A stretch of DNA of 64,000 bases from an uncultured bacterium (GTDB lineage Bacteria > Hydrothermota > UBA3072 > B12-G15). Shown here piece by piece: positions 1 to 11,147 of this stretch. Under the pieces are notes generated by a model. The model searched no databases and was not told the DNA's origin. It saw only the letters and a program-made list of their open reading frames with translations. The position numbers and the translations under genes are program-made. The first letter of the stretch is position 1. Each line of letters opens with the position of its first letter. The stretch is taken from positions 8,826 to 72,825 of the forward strand of contig CBFDSV010000004.1 in NCBI GenBank assembly GCA_965612735.1, written 5' to 3'.

Positions 1-544
1 CATCCGGCAATCTATCCGGGTTATCATAACTTGTTTTATGTTTTGCAATGCCCTCCCGTGTCTCAAAGGTGAGGTTCAGCCCCCTGAATTTTTCATACTT
101 GTTTTCAAGATAATCAACAACCCTCAATCCCTGCATGTTGTGTTCAAACCCACCCTTGCCTTCCATTATCTCATGTAGTTTCTCCTCACCTGCATGCCCA
201 AAAGGTGTATGGCCTATGTCATGTGCAAGGCTGATTGCCTCTGCAAGGTCTTCATTCAGTCTCAATGCCCTTGCAATGGTTCTTGCCACCTGTTGCACCT
301 CAATTGTATGGGTGAGCCTTGTCCTGTAATAATCACCTTCATGATTAACAAACACCTGGGTTTTGTATTCCAGCCTTCTGAATGCGGTTGAATGAATAAT
401 TCTATCCCTGTCCCTCTGAAACTCTGTCCTGAAATGTGGTGGGTCTTCTGGATGCTTTCTTCCCCTGGTATCACTGCTCTTCATACCATAGGGAGCAAGT
501 GTCTCCCTCTCTATGTCCTCAAGCATCCTTCTATAATCCATCAT
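1..544 (-). CDS. dgt: Deoxyguanosinetriphosphate triphosphohydrolase (dGTPase, HD family), 5' part; runs off window start
   Basis: Not in ORF track. Manual translation [20 protein letters not shown]...[27 protein letters not shown]...[11 protein letters not shown]...[18 protein letters not shown]...FEHN carries the dGTPase signature motifs. ATG overlaps the pduL stop (ATGA). Confidence 0.93.
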   Translation of the reverse strand, partial: MMDYRRMLEDIERETLAPYGMKSSDTRGRKHPEDPPHFRTEFQRDRDRIIHSTAFRRLEYKTQVFVNHEGDYYRTRLTHTIEVQQVARTIARALRLNEDLAEAISLAHDIGHTPFGHAGEEKLHEIMEGKGGFEHNMQGLRVVDYLENKYEKFRGLNLTFETREGIAKHKTSYDNPDRLPD

Positions 545-1359
545 CTTCTATCAATAATAACCCCCTTTGAAAGCCCCAATTCAAGGGCAAGGGGTGTAAT
601 TATAGTTCCCTTAACAAGTATTATCTTCAATCCCTTCTCCTCCGCCTCCCTCACATCAGCCTCTGTCACAAGCCTCCTGACCACCTCCCTTTTTTCAGGC
701 ACTTTCACCTCCCCGTTCTTCTTCAGGAGGTAGCAAAGGTCTCCTGTTTTTACCCCTGCTGAATTTGCCTCATCAAAGTCAATATGAAAGTCAAGCCTGT
801 AATTCTCGCTGACCCTTATAAGCACCTCATCAAAGATAAGTTTCCTTTCATCCCCACAAACAACCCTCACAATCTCTCCATCAACAACCTTATACTCCTC
901 TGCATCCTCAGGGGTCATGTGTATATGCCTCTTTGCAATGATAACCCCTTCTAAAATGGTTACAGAACCTGCAGGACCAACAATGGTTATACCTGGAGTA
1001 TTATCAAGGTCACCAGAATCCCTGATTGGTGGATTCAATCCAAGTTTCCTTGCATCTGTGAAGGAAATTTCAACCTGGGTTCTGCTCCTCACAGGCCCCA
1101 GTATCCTCACATTTTCAATTACACCACGAGGACCAACCAGTGTAACCCTTTCCTTTGCCGCATACTGGCCTGGTTGTGTTAAAGGCTTATCCTCTGTTAA
1201 CTGGTAATCCTTACCAAATGTTACATCAAGGTCTTCTCTGGAGATATGGAGATGCCTTCCAGAAACACCTATGGGAATGGGTCTTGATGAGGGCATCAGC
1301 CCTACAAGTTCCTGTTCAATAATCTTCTTTACAACCTCAACTATCCTGCTGTCCTTCAA
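541..1359 (-). CDS. pduL: PduL-type phosphate acyltransferase (BMC phosphotransacylase) with N-terminal encapsulation-like helix and C-terminal extension
   Basis: [46 protein letters not shown] motifs; N-terminal [13 protein letters not shown] amphipathic helix; TTG start. Confidence 0.92.
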   Translation of the reverse strand: MKDSRIVEVVKKIIEQELVGLMPSSRPIPIGVSGRHLHISREDLDVTFGKDYQLTEDKPLTQPGQYAAKERVTLVGPRGVIENVRILGPVRSRTQVEISFTDARKLGLNPPIRDSGDLDNTPGITIVGPAGSVTILEGVIIAKRHIHMTPEDAEEYKVVDGEIVRVVCGDERKLIFDEVLIRVSENYRLDFHIDFDEANSAGVKTGDLCYLLKKNGEVKVPEKREVVRRLVTEADVREAEEKGLKIILVKGTIITPLALELGLSKGVIIDRR

Positions 1360-2864
1360 CTGGAAAGTCCCCGTTCTTTCAGGAACTTCTTGACTATTGC
1401 CTCTATCTCTGCCTCTGTAAGGGTTTTCTCGGTTTCAATTGGTTTGGAGTGTTCAAGGTGTGCTATTTCCTCTGCAGGCCTCCCATCAGGAACTGCCCTC
1501 TTCTTGAACTCAAGTTCCATTGTGGGGTATGCAAGCCTCTTTATGTTCATCAGATGCATGGGGCCAACATTATCAGAGGTGATTCCACCACCCATTGCAC
1601 CACATCCAAGGGTCATTGAAGGTTCAAGCCCTGTTGTAAGGCCTATTGCACCCTGTGTTCCTCCTGTGTTCACAAGTATCCTGAATGCTGGCTTTTTCAG
1701 TGCAAACTCTCTTATTACATCCTCGTTCTGTGAATGTATCACAAGGGTATGGCCGAGTCCCCCTGTTTTCAACACCTTTATGCACAACTGACACCCTTCC
1801 TGCCAGTCCTCAACCTCAAAGTATGCAAGAACAGGGGAGAGTTTCTCCTTTGAAAGTGGAAAGTTTGGTCCAACACCTCCGGGTTCTGCTATCAGGACAA
1901 TTGTATCAGGTGGAACACTTATTCCTGCCTTGCTTGCAATGAACTGGGCGCTCTGTCCCACTATATCTGGACTGGGAAGTCCCTTGGAAGAGAAGATAAC
2001 CTTTTCAACCTTTGAAGCCTCATCAGGGGAAAGGAAATATCCACCCATCTCCCTGAAGGCTTCACGTACCTGGGGTGAGATAACCCTGTCCACAATAACA
2101 TTCTGCTCTGAGGCACAGACAGTACCATTATCGAATGTCTTACTTGCAAGGATTGCTGAAACAGCCTTCCTTATATCTGCACTCCTCTCAATGTAAGCAG
2201 GCACATTACCAGGACCAACACCTATGGCAGGCTTTCCTGAAGAATGAGCAGCCTTCACCATTGCAGAACCACCTGTTGCAAGGATAAGGTCAATGTTCGG
2301 GTCACGCATCAGGGCATTTGTCCCCTCTTTGGTTATTATATCCATGCAGAGGATTGAGCCTTCAGGTGCACCTGCCTTAACCGCTGCCTCATGGAGTATA
2401 TCTGCTGCAGCCTTTGAACAATTCACAGCCTTTGGGTGTGGAGCAAAGACAATTGTATCCCTTGCCTTGATTGCAATCAGTGCCTTGTATATAACGGTTG
2501 ATGTGGGGTTTGTTACAGGTGTAATCCCCATAAGCGTGCCCATGGGTTCTGCAATTTCGTATATCTTCCGCTCAGGGAACTCCCTTATAAATCCAACGGT
2601 CTTTATATCCTTAATCCACTGATAGACATTCTCTGTGGAAAATTTGTTCTTTGTAACCTTATCCTCATACACACCCAGTTTTGTCTCCTCAATGGCCATC
2701 TTTGCAAGCCGTTCAGCGTTCTCAAGTGCAGCATCCCTCATTGCCTTGACAATGGCATCAATCTTCTCCTGGGTGAATTCAGCAAGTATCCTCTGCGCCT
2801 CCTTTGCCCTTTTTGCAAGGTCTCTTGCCTGCTGGATTGAGAGGAGGTCTTTATCAAGGTTCAA
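1356..2864 (-). CDS. CoA-acylating aldehyde dehydrogenase (EutE/AdhE-N type), BMC-associated
   Basis: ITPVTNPTST, LATGG, GVGPGNVP, catalytic FDNGTVCASEQ, EKLSPVL, SMTLGCG; C-terminal EAEIEAIVKKFLKE encapsulation-like helix. Confidence 0.92.
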   Translation of the reverse strand: MNLDKDLLSIQQARDLAKRAKEAQRILAEFTQEKIDAIVKAMRDAALENAERLAKMAIEETKLGVYEDKVTKNKFSTENVYQWIKDIKTVGFIREFPERKIYEIAEPMGTLMGITPVTNPTSTVIYKALIAIKARDTIVFAPHPKAVNCSKAAADILHEAAVKAGAPEGSILCMDIITKEGTNALMRDPNIDLILATGGSAMVKAAHSSGKPAIGVGPGNVPAYIERSADIRKAVSAILASKTFDNGTVCASEQNVIVDRVISPQVREAFREMGGYFLSPDEASKVEKVIFSSKGLPSPDIVGQSAQFIASKAGISVPPDTIVLIAEPGGVGPNFPLSKEKLSPVLAYFEVEDWQEGCQLCIKVLKTGGLGHTLVIHSQNEDVIREFALKKPAFRILVNTGGTQGAIGLTTGLEPSMTLGCGAMGGGITSDNVGPMHLMNIKRLAYPTMELEFKKRAVPDGRPAEEIAHLEHSKPIETEKTLTEAEIEAIVKKFLKERGLSS

Positions 2865-3310
2865 TTTTTACTCCCCTTTCCCATCTCCTTGAATAACTTC
2901 AGAAGGGTTTCCTTATTAGCGTTTGAAATCTCTCTACCTGACAGAGGGAATCCATCTGTTCTCCTTGCAATCTCCCTCAATTCCTTCACAGTCATCTCTT
3001 CAAGGGGTTTTGACCCTTCCATATCAGGTCCACGGGAGATGGTTTTAATCACCTTCTCTGTTTCAACATCCGGGTTGGGTATCACATGGGCAGAGACAAG
3101 TTGTCCAACCCTGCTTGCTGCTGCTGCTCCGGCATCTACAGCAGCCTGACATGCGGCAGTGGTTCCCCTCACCTTGACCATCACCATTCCACCTGTGGTG
3201 ATTTCATAACCAACAAGGGTAACTTCTGCAGCCTTGAGCATGGCATCGGCTGCCTCAATCACCCCCACGAGTCCGAGGGTCTCCACCATTCCAAGTGCAT
3301 TCTCTTCCAA
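2861..3310 (-). CDS. BMC-H shell protein with C-terminal helical (Rho_N-like) extension
   Basis: ALGMVET...EAADAMLKAAEV...HVIPNP BMC domain followed by LEEMTVKELREIAR...ISNANKETLL. Confidence 0.9.
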   Translation of the reverse strand: MEENALGMVETLGLVGVIEAADAMLKAAEVTLVGYEITTGGMVMVKVRGTTAACQAAVDAGAAAASRVGQLVSAHVIPNPDVETEKVIKTISRGPDMEGSKPLEEMTVKELREIARRTDGFPLSGREISNANKETLLKLFKEMGKGSKN

Positions 3311-3311
3311 G

Positions 3312-3614
3312 TTATGCCTCCCTCTTTATTCCTCCACCAGGAAGAATACTCTCAACCTCAACATGGGGTCTTGGAATCACGTGGACAGATACAAGTTCCC
3401 CAACCCTGCTTGCCGCTGCTGCTCCGGCATCTGTTGCAGCCTTCACAGCACCAACATCACCTCTAACAAACACGGTCACATAACCACCACCTATCTGCTC
3501 CTTACCAATAAGGTGAACCCTTGCAGCCTTAACCATGGCATCGGCTGCCTCAATTGCACCAACCAACCCTTTTGTTTCAACCATTCCAAGGGCAATTCCC
3601 ATTTTATCTTCCAT
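3312..3614 (-). CDS. BMC-H hexameric shell protein (EutM/PduA-like)
   Basis: [24 protein letters not shown]...[20 protein letters not shown]...HVIPRPH; strong AGGAGG SD. Confidence 0.96.
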   Translation of the reverse strand: MEDKMGIALGMVETKGLVGAIEAADAMVKAARVHLIGKEQIGGGYVTVFVRGDVGAVKAATDAGAAAASRVGELVSVHVIPRPHVEVESILPGGGIKREA

Positions 3615-3635
3615 CAGGACCTCCTTTTTTGAATA

Positions 3636-3663
3636 ACTTTACATGAATTCAGGAGAATGTCAA
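3636..3663 (-). promoter_or_regulatory. Putative sigma70 promoter for the BMC operon
   Basis: TTGACA-16 nt-TAAAGT upstream of the SD of the first shell gene. Confidence 0.55.
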
Positions 3664-3679
3664 TAATAAACATGCCACA

Positions 3680-4357
3680 TTATGCCACCCTCCACAATGT
3701 GGCAGATGGGAGGGTGAGGGTTTCTTCTGGTGTTTCAAGAATCAGGTGTCCTTCTTTTGTTACCCCCTTTATCACTCCCTTTATTACCCTTCCTCCTGTT
3801 TCAACCCGATACTCCTTGCCTATTCCATACATCCTCTCTGTGTACAGTGAATGTATGTATTCCTGACGATGGATGAATAACAGGATGTTCTCAATGATTT
3901 CTATACCAAGTTCTGTTATGTTCCACTTCCTGCCTGTTTCTTCTTTCAGGGTTGTTATCCTTTCCCTCAAATCCACAGGGAAGTCTTCCCTCGTGGTATT
4001 GCAGTTTATCCCTATACCAATAAGATAAACCCCTTCAACCCTCTCAATAAGGATACCCCCGAGTTTCTTTCCATTCAAAATGATGTCATTGGGCCAGAGA
4101 ATTCCTGCCTCCACACCCCTTTTTATCAATGCCTCTGTTATTCCAAGCGGGACTATCATGGAAATCAGTGGGGCTTTAAACCTATCTACGTAGGTCATGT
4201 AAAGCCCACCCTCAGGAGAATGAAAAACCCTTCCCATCCTTCCCATGCCACCTGTCTGTGTTTCTGCAAATATGATTACAGGCAGGTTCAGTTTCTCAAG
4301 ATTCTCTCTTGCATAAAGGTTTGTTGATTTAATCTTCTTGAAATGTATGATATTCAA
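3680..4357 (-). CDS. birA: Biotin--[acetyl-CoA carboxylase] ligase without HTH (monofunctional)
   Basis: STN, AETQTGGMGRMGR, WPNDI, KKLGGIL, GIGIN motifs. Confidence 0.92.
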   Translation of the reverse strand: MNIIHFKKIKSTNLYARENLEKLNLPVIIFAETQTGGMGRMGRVFHSPEGGLYMTYVDRFKAPLISMIVPLGITEALIKRGVEAGILWPNDIILNGKKLGGILIERVEGVYLIGIGINCNTTREDFPVDLRERITTLKEETGRKWNITELGIEIIENILLFIHRQEYIHSLYTERMYGIGKEYRVETGGRVIKGVIKGVTKEGHLILETPEETLTLPSATLWRVA

Positions 4358-6825
4358 TGTGCCTCAGCCCAATTTTTCCCTATGTTTGCATCCACAACAA
4401 GTGGAACATCAAGTTCAACCACATGCTCCATGATGTTCTTTATATCCTCCATCAAACCCTCCTCGCCCTCTGCTATCTCAAAAAGGAGTTCATCGTGTAT
4501 CTGGAGAATCATCCTTGTTTTCCTGTCTTTTAGCAGTTTATCTATCTCAATCATTGCCTTCTTTATAATGTCTGCTGCTGTTCCCTGTATTGGTGTGTTG
4601 ATTGCAACCCTTCTTCCATACTCCTCTGTTCCCTTAACAAGCAGTTCAGGGACTGCCCTCCTCCTTCCAAAGAGTGTCTCAACATAACCGTTCTGTTTTG
4701 CAAAATCTGTAATACTCTCAACCCAGTCCCGCACACCAGAGAACTCAGCAAAGTAACTGTCTATGAATGCCTGAGCCTCAGCCTGTGATATGTTTAATTC
4801 CTTTGCAAGCCCATAGGGACTCATGCCATACATAAGACCAAAGTTCACCACCTTTGCCACCCTCCTCATCTCCCCTGTTACATCACTCTGTGGCACACCA
4901 AATATGATTGCAGCAGTCTCTGCATGGACATCCCTTCCTTCAATAAATGCCTGCCTCAATCTTTTATCACCTGTGAAGTGGGCAAGTATCCTGAGTTCGA
5001 TCTGGGAGTAATCACAGGAGAGAATCTTAAATCCATGTTCTGCAATAACCGCCTTCCTTATCTCCCTTCCAAGTTCCCCCCTTATGGGTATGGTCTGGAG
5101 GTTCGGTTCACTTGCTGACAATCTTCCTGTTGCTGCAACCGTCTGATTGAATTTGCAGTGGATTCTTCCAGTTTCAGGATTCACCATCAATGGTAGTGCA
5201 TCCGTGTATGAAGACCTCAATTTTTCAAGTTCCCTGTATTTGAGCAGCAGTCCTGCAATCTCATATTCACCTGCAAGTTTTGAAAGGGTCTCTGCATCTG
5301 TTGAATAGTGGGTTTTCCTCTTTTTCCCTGCTGGAAGACCAAGTTTTTCAAAAAGTATCCTTGAGAGTTGCTTCGGAGAACGGAGATTGAACCTCTCACC
5401 TGCAATTTCATAGATCCTCTCTGAAATCTCTCCAAGTTTCTCTGTTATGTATTCTGACAGTTCCCTCAAAAATTTTAGGTCAAACAGTATGCCTGCTTTC
5501 TCCATCCTGTAAAGCACCCCTGAAAGCGGCATCTCTATTTCTTCAAGGAGTTTCAACATGCCTGATTCCCTGATGCGCTCAAGAAGGATTTCCCTCTCTT
5601 TGAATGCATATATGCTCAATATTTTGAAATAATCAGGGGATTTTTTATCCAGAAGAAGGCCAAAATCCCTCTGCACAAGTTTGTCAAGCGAATGCCCCCT
5701 CTGGTTTGGATGTATCAGGTAATCCATTATACCCAGGTCATATATTTTATTTTCTGGATAAAACCCGATGGCATGGGCAAGTTCCTTTATATCTGATGTT
5801 ATTATCTCCCTAAATTTATTTATCCTGTCAATCATTTCCCCTTTATCAAAAACAACCTGTGTGTACTCACCATCGGATATAACAAACACGGGCTTTTCAC
5901 CCCCTGAAATTACAACACTTAACACATCACCCCTTACCTCTCCACTCTTCACACTCACACTCTCTCCAACACCCATTTCCCTGAGGAGTGAAAAGAATTC
6001 CAGTTCCCTGTAGATTTTTATGAGCCTGTCCATGTCAGGTTCAGTGGGTCTCAGGTCTTCAAGGGTGAAAGGAATCTCCTGCCTTTCCAGTTTTACAAGG
6101 GAGTATGATGATAACACAAGTTCCCTTGACCTCATAATATAGTTTCTGATGTTCTCCTCTTTTATAATTTCAGGATGTTCAACCATATCAAGGAGTGAGC
6201 CATATCTTTTAATGAGTTTTGCAGCGGTTTTAATCCCGACACCTGGAACTCCAGGTATGTTATCAGAAACATCACCTGCAAGTGCCAGAAGGTCGGGTAT
6301 CTTCTCAGGTGGAACACCATATTTTTCCCTCACAGTATCAGGGTCATACCATTCAACCCCCTTTGTCCTCATGTTCAGTATGCGAACATTCTCTGAAACA
6401 ACCTGCATAAGGTCTTTATCAAAGGTGAAGATAATAACACTGTATCCCCTTTTCTCACCCTCCTCTGCAAGTGTATAGATAATGTCATCTGCCTCAAGCC
6501 CTTCTTCCTCAAGTATCCTGTAACCCATTGCCTCTACAACATCGTGTATGATGGGAATCTGGGGTGAGAGTTCGTCTGGCATCTTCTTCCTCTTTGCCTT
6601 GTACTCCCTGAATATCTCATGCCTGAATGTGGGTCTGGCAAGGTCAAAGGCAATACCAATCAGGTCAGGGTTCACCTCTCCAACAACCATGTTCAGGCTC
6701 TTCACAAAACCATAAACAGCCGATGTATTCATCCCCTTTGAGTTTCTTAAAGGTCTGTTTGAGAAGGCATAGAAAGACCTGTATGCAAGGGAAGACCCAT
6801 CAATCAGAAGGAGGGTTTCTTTCAT
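4354..6825 (-). CDS. polA: DNA polymerase I
   Basis: [10 protein letters not shown] 5'-3' exonuclease start, [38 protein letters not shown]. Confidence 0.97.
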   Translation of the reverse strand: MKETLLLIDGSSLAYRSFYAFSNRPLRNSKGMNTSAVYGFVKSLNMVVGEVNPDLIGIAFDLARPTFRHEIFREYKAKRKKMPDELSPQIPIIHDVVEAMGYRILEEEGLEADDIIYTLAEEGEKRGYSVIIFTFDKDLMQVVSENVRILNMRTKGVEWYDPDTVREKYGVPPEKIPDLLALAGDVSDNIPGVPGVGIKTAAKLIKRYGSLLDMVEHPEIIKEENIRNYIMRSRELVLSSYSLVKLERQEIPFTLEDLRPTEPDMDRLIKIYRELEFFSLLREMGVGESVSVKSGEVRGDVLSVVISGGEKPVFVISDGEYTQVVFDKGEMIDRINKFREIITSDIKELAHAIGFYPENKIYDLGIMDYLIHPNQRGHSLDKLVQRDFGLLLDKKSPDYFKILSIYAFKEREILLERIRESGMLKLLEEIEMPLSGVLYRMEKAGILFDLKFLRELSEYITEKLGEISERIYEIAGERFNLRSPKQLSRILFEKLGLPAGKKRKTHYSTDAETLSKLAGEYEIAGLLLKYRELEKLRSSYTDALPLMVNPETGRIHCKFNQTVAATGRLSASEPNLQTIPIRGELGREIRKAVIAEHGFKILSCDYSQIELRILAHFTGDKRLRQAFIEGRDVHAETAAIIFGVPQSDVTGEMRRVAKVVNFGLMYGMSPYGLAKELNISQAEAQAFIDSYFAEFSGVRDWVESITDFAKQNGYVETLFGRRRAVPELLVKGTEEYGRRVAINTPIQGTAADIIKKAMIEIDKLLKDRKTRMILQIHDELLFEIAEGEEGLMEDIKNIMEHVVELDVPLVVDANIGKNWAEAH

Positions 6826-7304
6826 TGTTTATAACCTATCTTCCTTAAAAACTCCTTTCTCTCCTTGATATCCTCCTCCCCTTCAACACCGAGTGGGGTG
6901 AGGCCATCCATAACACCAATAACCGCCCTCTGCTCCCCTTCCTCTGCAACAACCACCTTAACTGGATTGGCAGTGGCACAGTAGATACTAACAATCTCAT
7001 CAACAGATTTAAGGTCTTTCATCACATTGATTGGATATGCATTCCCCAGAATGATTACAAATGTATGGCCTGCACCAATCCTCTCTGCATTCTCTATTGC
7101 AAGTTTTTCCAGTTCCTCATCAGTCCCACTGTGCCTTATTAATCTTTTCTGGGAAGCCTCACAGAATGCTACACCAAACTTTATTCCTGGAACAGATGTA
7201 ACAAGTGCCTCATATACATCCTCTATGGTCTTGATGAAGTGGGTATGCCCTATGATTACATTATGCTCTTCATCTTTTTTGATGTCTACAAGTTTTATCT
7301 CCAT
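6822..7304 (-). CDS. Adenosine-specific kinase family protein (DUF355-like)
   Basis: [50 protein letters not shown]; start moved to ATG 7304 (GGAGGT SD). Confidence 0.85.
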   Translation of the reverse strand: MEIKLVDIKKDEEHNVIIGHTHFIKTIEDVYEALVTSVPGIKFGVAFCEASQKRLIRHSGTDEELEKLAIENAERIGAGHTFVIILGNAYPINVMKDLKSVDEIVSIYCATANPVKVVVAEEGEQRAVIGVMDGLTPLGVEGEEDIKERKEFLRKIGYKQ

Positions 7305-7306
7305 TC

Positions 7307-9781
7307 TCACCTCCCTGTTATTATGATTTTCCTTGTCCATCTGTATCCCTGTATGCTCCATGAGAGGAAGTAAATACTGTGTGGTAGTAAGGGTGTATCA
7401 ACAATATTGCCCTTTGAAACATAGGTTACACTTCTCACAAGCCTGCCTGTAATATCCCTGTATTCAAGTTCCACACTGACGGGTGAACCCTTGCCTTCCC
7501 TTTCAAGCATGATACTCCCTGTGGTGACATTGCTCACCAGTCTGTAAATTGCAAGGGTGTCGGGTATGCCTGTGAGATAAATAAATCTCTCATTGTAGTT
7601 TACTGTTGAAGATGTTATTGAGACATCTATGTAGTGTTCTTCAATACTCTGAGGAATTACAGCAAGCCATACCCTCTCCTTATGGCCTGGTGGAATTGTG
7701 CTGAATTTATAATTACCCCCAATCATGTAAAGCCCATCATCCCCATCAAACCTGATATTAACATTGTATGCTGTTTTATTACCTATATTTGTAATCTCAA
7801 ACTCAAGATAGTTGTATCTGTTCTGTGTAACTATATCCCTCTCCCTCTTCACCTGGAATTCAGCAACAGGGAGTTTGAGTGAAACTGTATCCCTCCATTC
7901 ATCGGTTCCAAGCCTGAAGACCATCTCCATCTCCACATTTGATGGGAATGGGGGTCCAAGCATGTAGGAGTAAACAATGGTATCAAGGGAGAATGCCTCT
8001 ATGTTATAGACAAGCATTGTTTCAGGCACAGGGGTAAATCCACTGGAAAGGGAATGCATGAGAATTGTTACTGTATCAGCATTCATGTTACCATAGTTAT
8101 GTACGGAGGAAAAAACAAGGGTATCCTCATTTACCCACGATGTATCCTCTTTCAAGAATACACCCCCAGGGATAAGAACAAATCTACCAAACCCTGGTAA
8201 TGCTGAATCAGCACCCATGTAGTAATAAACGTATCCAGTATCAAAGCCTGAAAAATCCACAAAAAGAGAACCATTTGTGGTTGAATCAAAAACAGGGGTT
8301 CCACTTTGATAAAATCCTGCATAGAATGGAACAGGTATTGAGTTCTCCTCTGCTGTTAGAAGGAGCGTGCAGGTAACAGGAAAATAAATTGGTGGTTCTG
8401 AATATGCAACCTGCCTTTCCTTACCTGAGTGAACCTTCAATAATGGGTCGCCGATTATGTTGTATGCAAAGAAGTAGTATCTCATCATGGTTGTGTCATC
8501 TGCAAAATCCTTCAGTAGAATAAGTTTTGATGTATCAATTATCTCCCCAATTGTCCATTCAGGCATATATACATCTGCCATGTGCCTCTCAAGGGAGTCA
8601 TCCTCATCCCAGTATGTGTAATTTGTCGCTCCAAAGGCAATGGCACCTGCCCTATCCTTTGCCCTTGTAAGGGCCTCTGTGAAGCATTCACTGTACCTGA
8701 ACTGTCCCGTCTGGCATGCAAAACTCCAGACCATTGCAGGTTTTCTGTTTTCAGGAAGGTCATAAACATCACCAATGGTGAAGGAAGGACCAGCCCATCC
8801 ACCTGAATATCCATGGCCTGAATATACTATCAATCCCCTTCCATCTGTGAATGCATCATCAATTGGTGTTCCAGAGGAATAATAACCCCATAGGGAGTCA
8901 CACACATATCCCCTTGCCCTTAAAACCCTCATTGTGTATGCATGTGTGCTTTCTGGTATGGCATGCCAGTATGAATCAGTAGAAGATATGAAGTAGCATC
9001 TGTTTTTATAACCATTGCTTGTTTCATACTGAAAAACCTTATCCATGACATCCACAATCGTTGTGGTATCACCGCTCAATCTTCCGTATATTCTGTTGGG
9101 TACAAAAAAACTATAAGAGAGTGAATCACAGGCATAGTAAAGGTCTCCATAACACCCGCTCAAAGTATCAGTGAAGGTGGGGATAACATCCACATCACCA
9201 ACAAGAACAACGGCATCAGGGTTTCTGCTCATAATTCCCTGCCTTATGATAGAGGTATCTGTTGTATTCACAACAAATGTATCGGTTTTGTATCCCTGGA
9301 GAAGTCTGTAAACAATCAGGTCATTAATCTTTTTCAAATACTCCTCTCTTCCAACAAAGAGCACAGAGTATATGGACTTCCTTTTTACCCCTTTTACACC
9401 CTTAATATGAACATCCTTTGGATACCTCAATATGGACTTTGCAGGATTATACCTGTGTGTATGCACTTCCACAAGGAAGAGGGGTTTCCCGTTTCTGTAT
9501 CCAAGTTTTTTTATGCTATACAGTTCTTCAGGTATAAATTTGTCTGTGGCATAAACAGATTTCTTCAAGTAGAATGGAGGTGGTGGAAGGTTTTTTCTCC
9601 TGGGTGGTTGATGGGGATAAATGGGCTCTTTCAGTAATGATTCAGCATACTCCACTTTTATGTCCAGGCCTGCTGTATCCTGTGTATAGAATCTCAGGAC
9701 AGGGATTTCAGGATACCCGGGGATTGTGATATAATCATTGTAACCAGTTATCCTGACAAAGGCAAAGAACAAAAATATCAT
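7307..9781 (-). CDS. C25 (gingipain-family) cysteine peptidase with Ig-like domains and T9SS-like C-terminal domain
   Basis: VVLVGD, DLYY, GRL, YSGHG (His), FACQTG (Cys), IIGDP; C-terminal YRDITGRLV...IYFL...RKIII; start at ATGA overlap with rlmN stop. Confidence 0.85.
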   Translation of the reverse strand: MIFLFFAFVRITGYNDYITIPGYPEIPVLRFYTQDTAGLDIKVEYAESLLKEPIYPHQPPRRKNLPPPPFYLKKSVYATDKFIPEELYSIKKLGYRNGKPLFLVEVHTHRYNPAKSILRYPKDVHIKGVKGVKRKSIYSVLFVGREEYLKKINDLIVYRLLQGYKTDTFVVNTTDTSIIRQGIMSRNPDAVVLVGDVDVIPTFTDTLSGCYGDLYYACDSLSYSFFVPNRIYGRLSGDTTTIVDVMDKVFQYETSNGYKNRCYFISSTDSYWHAIPESTHAYTMRVLRARGYVCDSLWGYYSSGTPIDDAFTDGRGLIVYSGHGYSGGWAGPSFTIGDVYDLPENRKPAMVWSFACQTGQFRYSECFTEALTRAKDRAGAIAFGATNYTYWDEDDSLERHMADVYMPEWTIGEIIDTSKLILLKDFADDTTMMRYYFFAYNIIGDPLLKVHSGKERQVAYSEPPIYFPVTCTLLLTAEENSIPVPFYAGFYQSGTPVFDSTTNGSLFVDFSGFDTGYVYYYMGADSALPGFGRFVLIPGGVFLKEDTSWVNEDTLVFSSVHNYGNMNADTVTILMHSLSSGFTPVPETMLVYNIEAFSLDTIVYSYMLGPPFPSNVEMEMVFRLGTDEWRDTVSLKLPVAEFQVKRERDIVTQNRYNYLEFEITNIGNKTAYNVNIRFDGDDGLYMIGGNYKFSTIPPGHKERVWLAVIPQSIEEHYIDVSITSSTVNYNERFIYLTGIPDTLAIYRLVSNVTTGSIMLEREGKGSPVSVELEYRDITGRLVRSVTYVSKGNIVDTPLLPHSIYFLSWSIQGYRWTRKIIITGR

Positions 9782-10791
9782 GTGTACATCCCCCTTAACT
9801 GGCCACATGCTGCATGGACATCCCTTCCCCTGCTCCATCTGATTGTAACGGCAGGTGCTATTGGGTAGAGGTATTCAGCAAACCTGTTAACATCATCTTC
9901 ATCTGGCGATTCATAGGGGAATCCTTCAACCTGATTGTATGGAATGATGTTTATCTTTGAAGGTATCCGTGATGCAATCGCCCCAAGTGCCTCTGCATCC
10001 TCTTCAGAGTCATTGAAATTCTTGAAAAGCACATACTCAAAGGTAACCCTGAGGTGCTTCCTTGAGTAATAATAATCAAGTGCATCCATAATATCATTTA
10101 TAGTGTATGCCTTTGCCACAGGCATTATCTTTTCACGCTTTTCCTGTATTGCTGCATTTAATGAGATGGCAAGTTTGTACTGGAAGGGCGTTTCTGCAAA
10201 CCTCTTTATCCCTGGAACAATCCCTGCTGTTGATACAGTTATCTTCCTGGCACCTATACCTATGTGTTTATTTATTATCCTCAATGCCTTTAATACCTCA
10301 TCAAGGTTTGCAAAGGGTTCACCCATTCCCATAAGCACAACATTGGTTATCCTCTCCCCTGTGATTTTCTGGACTGAAAGAACCTGGTCTGCAATCTCAT
10401 AAAAGGAAAGATTTCTGATAAGCCCTATCTTGCCTGTTGCACAGAACTTACAACCCATTCCACATCCAACCTGGGTTGAAACGCACACTGTTCTTCTCTT
10501 CCCTTCAGGGATAAATACACTCTCTATTGTCTCTCCATCCTCAAGTTTGAAGAGATACTTTATTGAACCATCCCTTGAAGTGGATACATGGGCAGGTTCA
10601 AGGGATGAGATATAGAATTCATTCTTTAATCTTTCCCTCAAGGCCTTTGATATGTCTGTCATCTTTTCAAAGTCTTCAGCCCCCTTCACCCAGAGCCACC
10701 TGAATATCTGGTCAGCCCTGAATGACTTTTCATCCATTGAGGTAAAGAGTTCCCTGAGTTCTTTCAGCGTATACCCCTTTATATTTTTCAT
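9778..10791 (-). CDS. rlmN: Radical SAM 23S rRNA A2503 C2-methyltransferase
   Basis: CVSTQVGCGMGCKFC, MGMGEP, C-terminal AACGQL; start at ATG 10791 overlapping the comEA stop. Confidence 0.95.
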   Translation of the reverse strand: MKNIKGYTLKELRELFTSMDEKSFRADQIFRWLWVKGAEDFEKMTDISKALRERLKNEFYISSLEPAHVSTSRDGSIKYLFKLEDGETIESVFIPEGKRRTVCVSTQVGCGMGCKFCATGKIGLIRNLSFYEIADQVLSVQKITGERITNVVLMGMGEPFANLDEVLKALRIINKHIGIGARKITVSTAGIVPGIKRFAETPFQYKLAISLNAAIQEKREKIMPVAKAYTINDIMDALDYYYSRKHLRVTFEYVLFKNFNDSEEDAEALGAIASRIPSKINIIPYNQVEGFPYESPDEDDVNRFAEYLYPIAPAVTIRWSRGRDVHAACGQLRGMYT

Positions 10792-11147
10792 TCCCTGCCC
10801 ACTGTGAGATACTTCTTCCATTTTTCTATCTTCTTTTTTCCTATGCCTTTTATCATCTGAAGTTCCTCAAGTTTCCTTATCCTGCCCCTTTTCTCCCTGA
10901 ACTCAATTATTGCATCTGCTGTCTTTGGTCCAATACCTGGAACCTCCTGAAGAAGTTCGCTGGATGCAGTGTTCACATCTATGGGGAATATATTCACCTC
11001 CGTTTTTTTCTCTATCTCAACCATAGTCTCCTTCTCTGGAACAAAAGACTTTACAATTCCTCCAAGTATGAGTATCCCGATTATAAAGGATATAACTATT
11101 CTTTCATTCCTTGTGAATATATTACTCCATCCCCATCCCAATGGCAA
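10788..11147 (-). CDS. comEA: ComEA-family helix-hairpin-helix DNA-binding protein with N-terminal TM helix (start uncertain)
   Basis: IDVNTAS, VPGIGPKTA, IKGIGKK HhH motifs. Confidence 0.82.
   Translation of the reverse strand: MPLGWGWSNIFTRNERIVISFIIGILILGGIVKSFVPEKETMVEIEKKTEVNIFPIDVNTASSELLQEVPGIGPKTADAIIEFREKRGRIRKLEELQMIKGIGKKKIEKWKKYLTVGRE

Noticed and set aside
135-733. Short ORF-track calls at the window start
   Set aside because: They overlap the real dgt and pduL frames on the minus strand.
3096-3560. Near-identical DNA stretches (e.g. CCAACCCTGCTTGC.GCTGCTGCTCCGGCATCT at ~3105 and ~3400)
   Set aside because: Explained by the two paralogous BMC-H coding sequences; not a CRISPR or mobile repeat.
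11110-11147. Possible non-canonical start for comEA
   Set aside because: No in-frame ATG near the expected start, but in-frame TTG codons at 11141 and 11147 exist; cannot be resolved from sequence.
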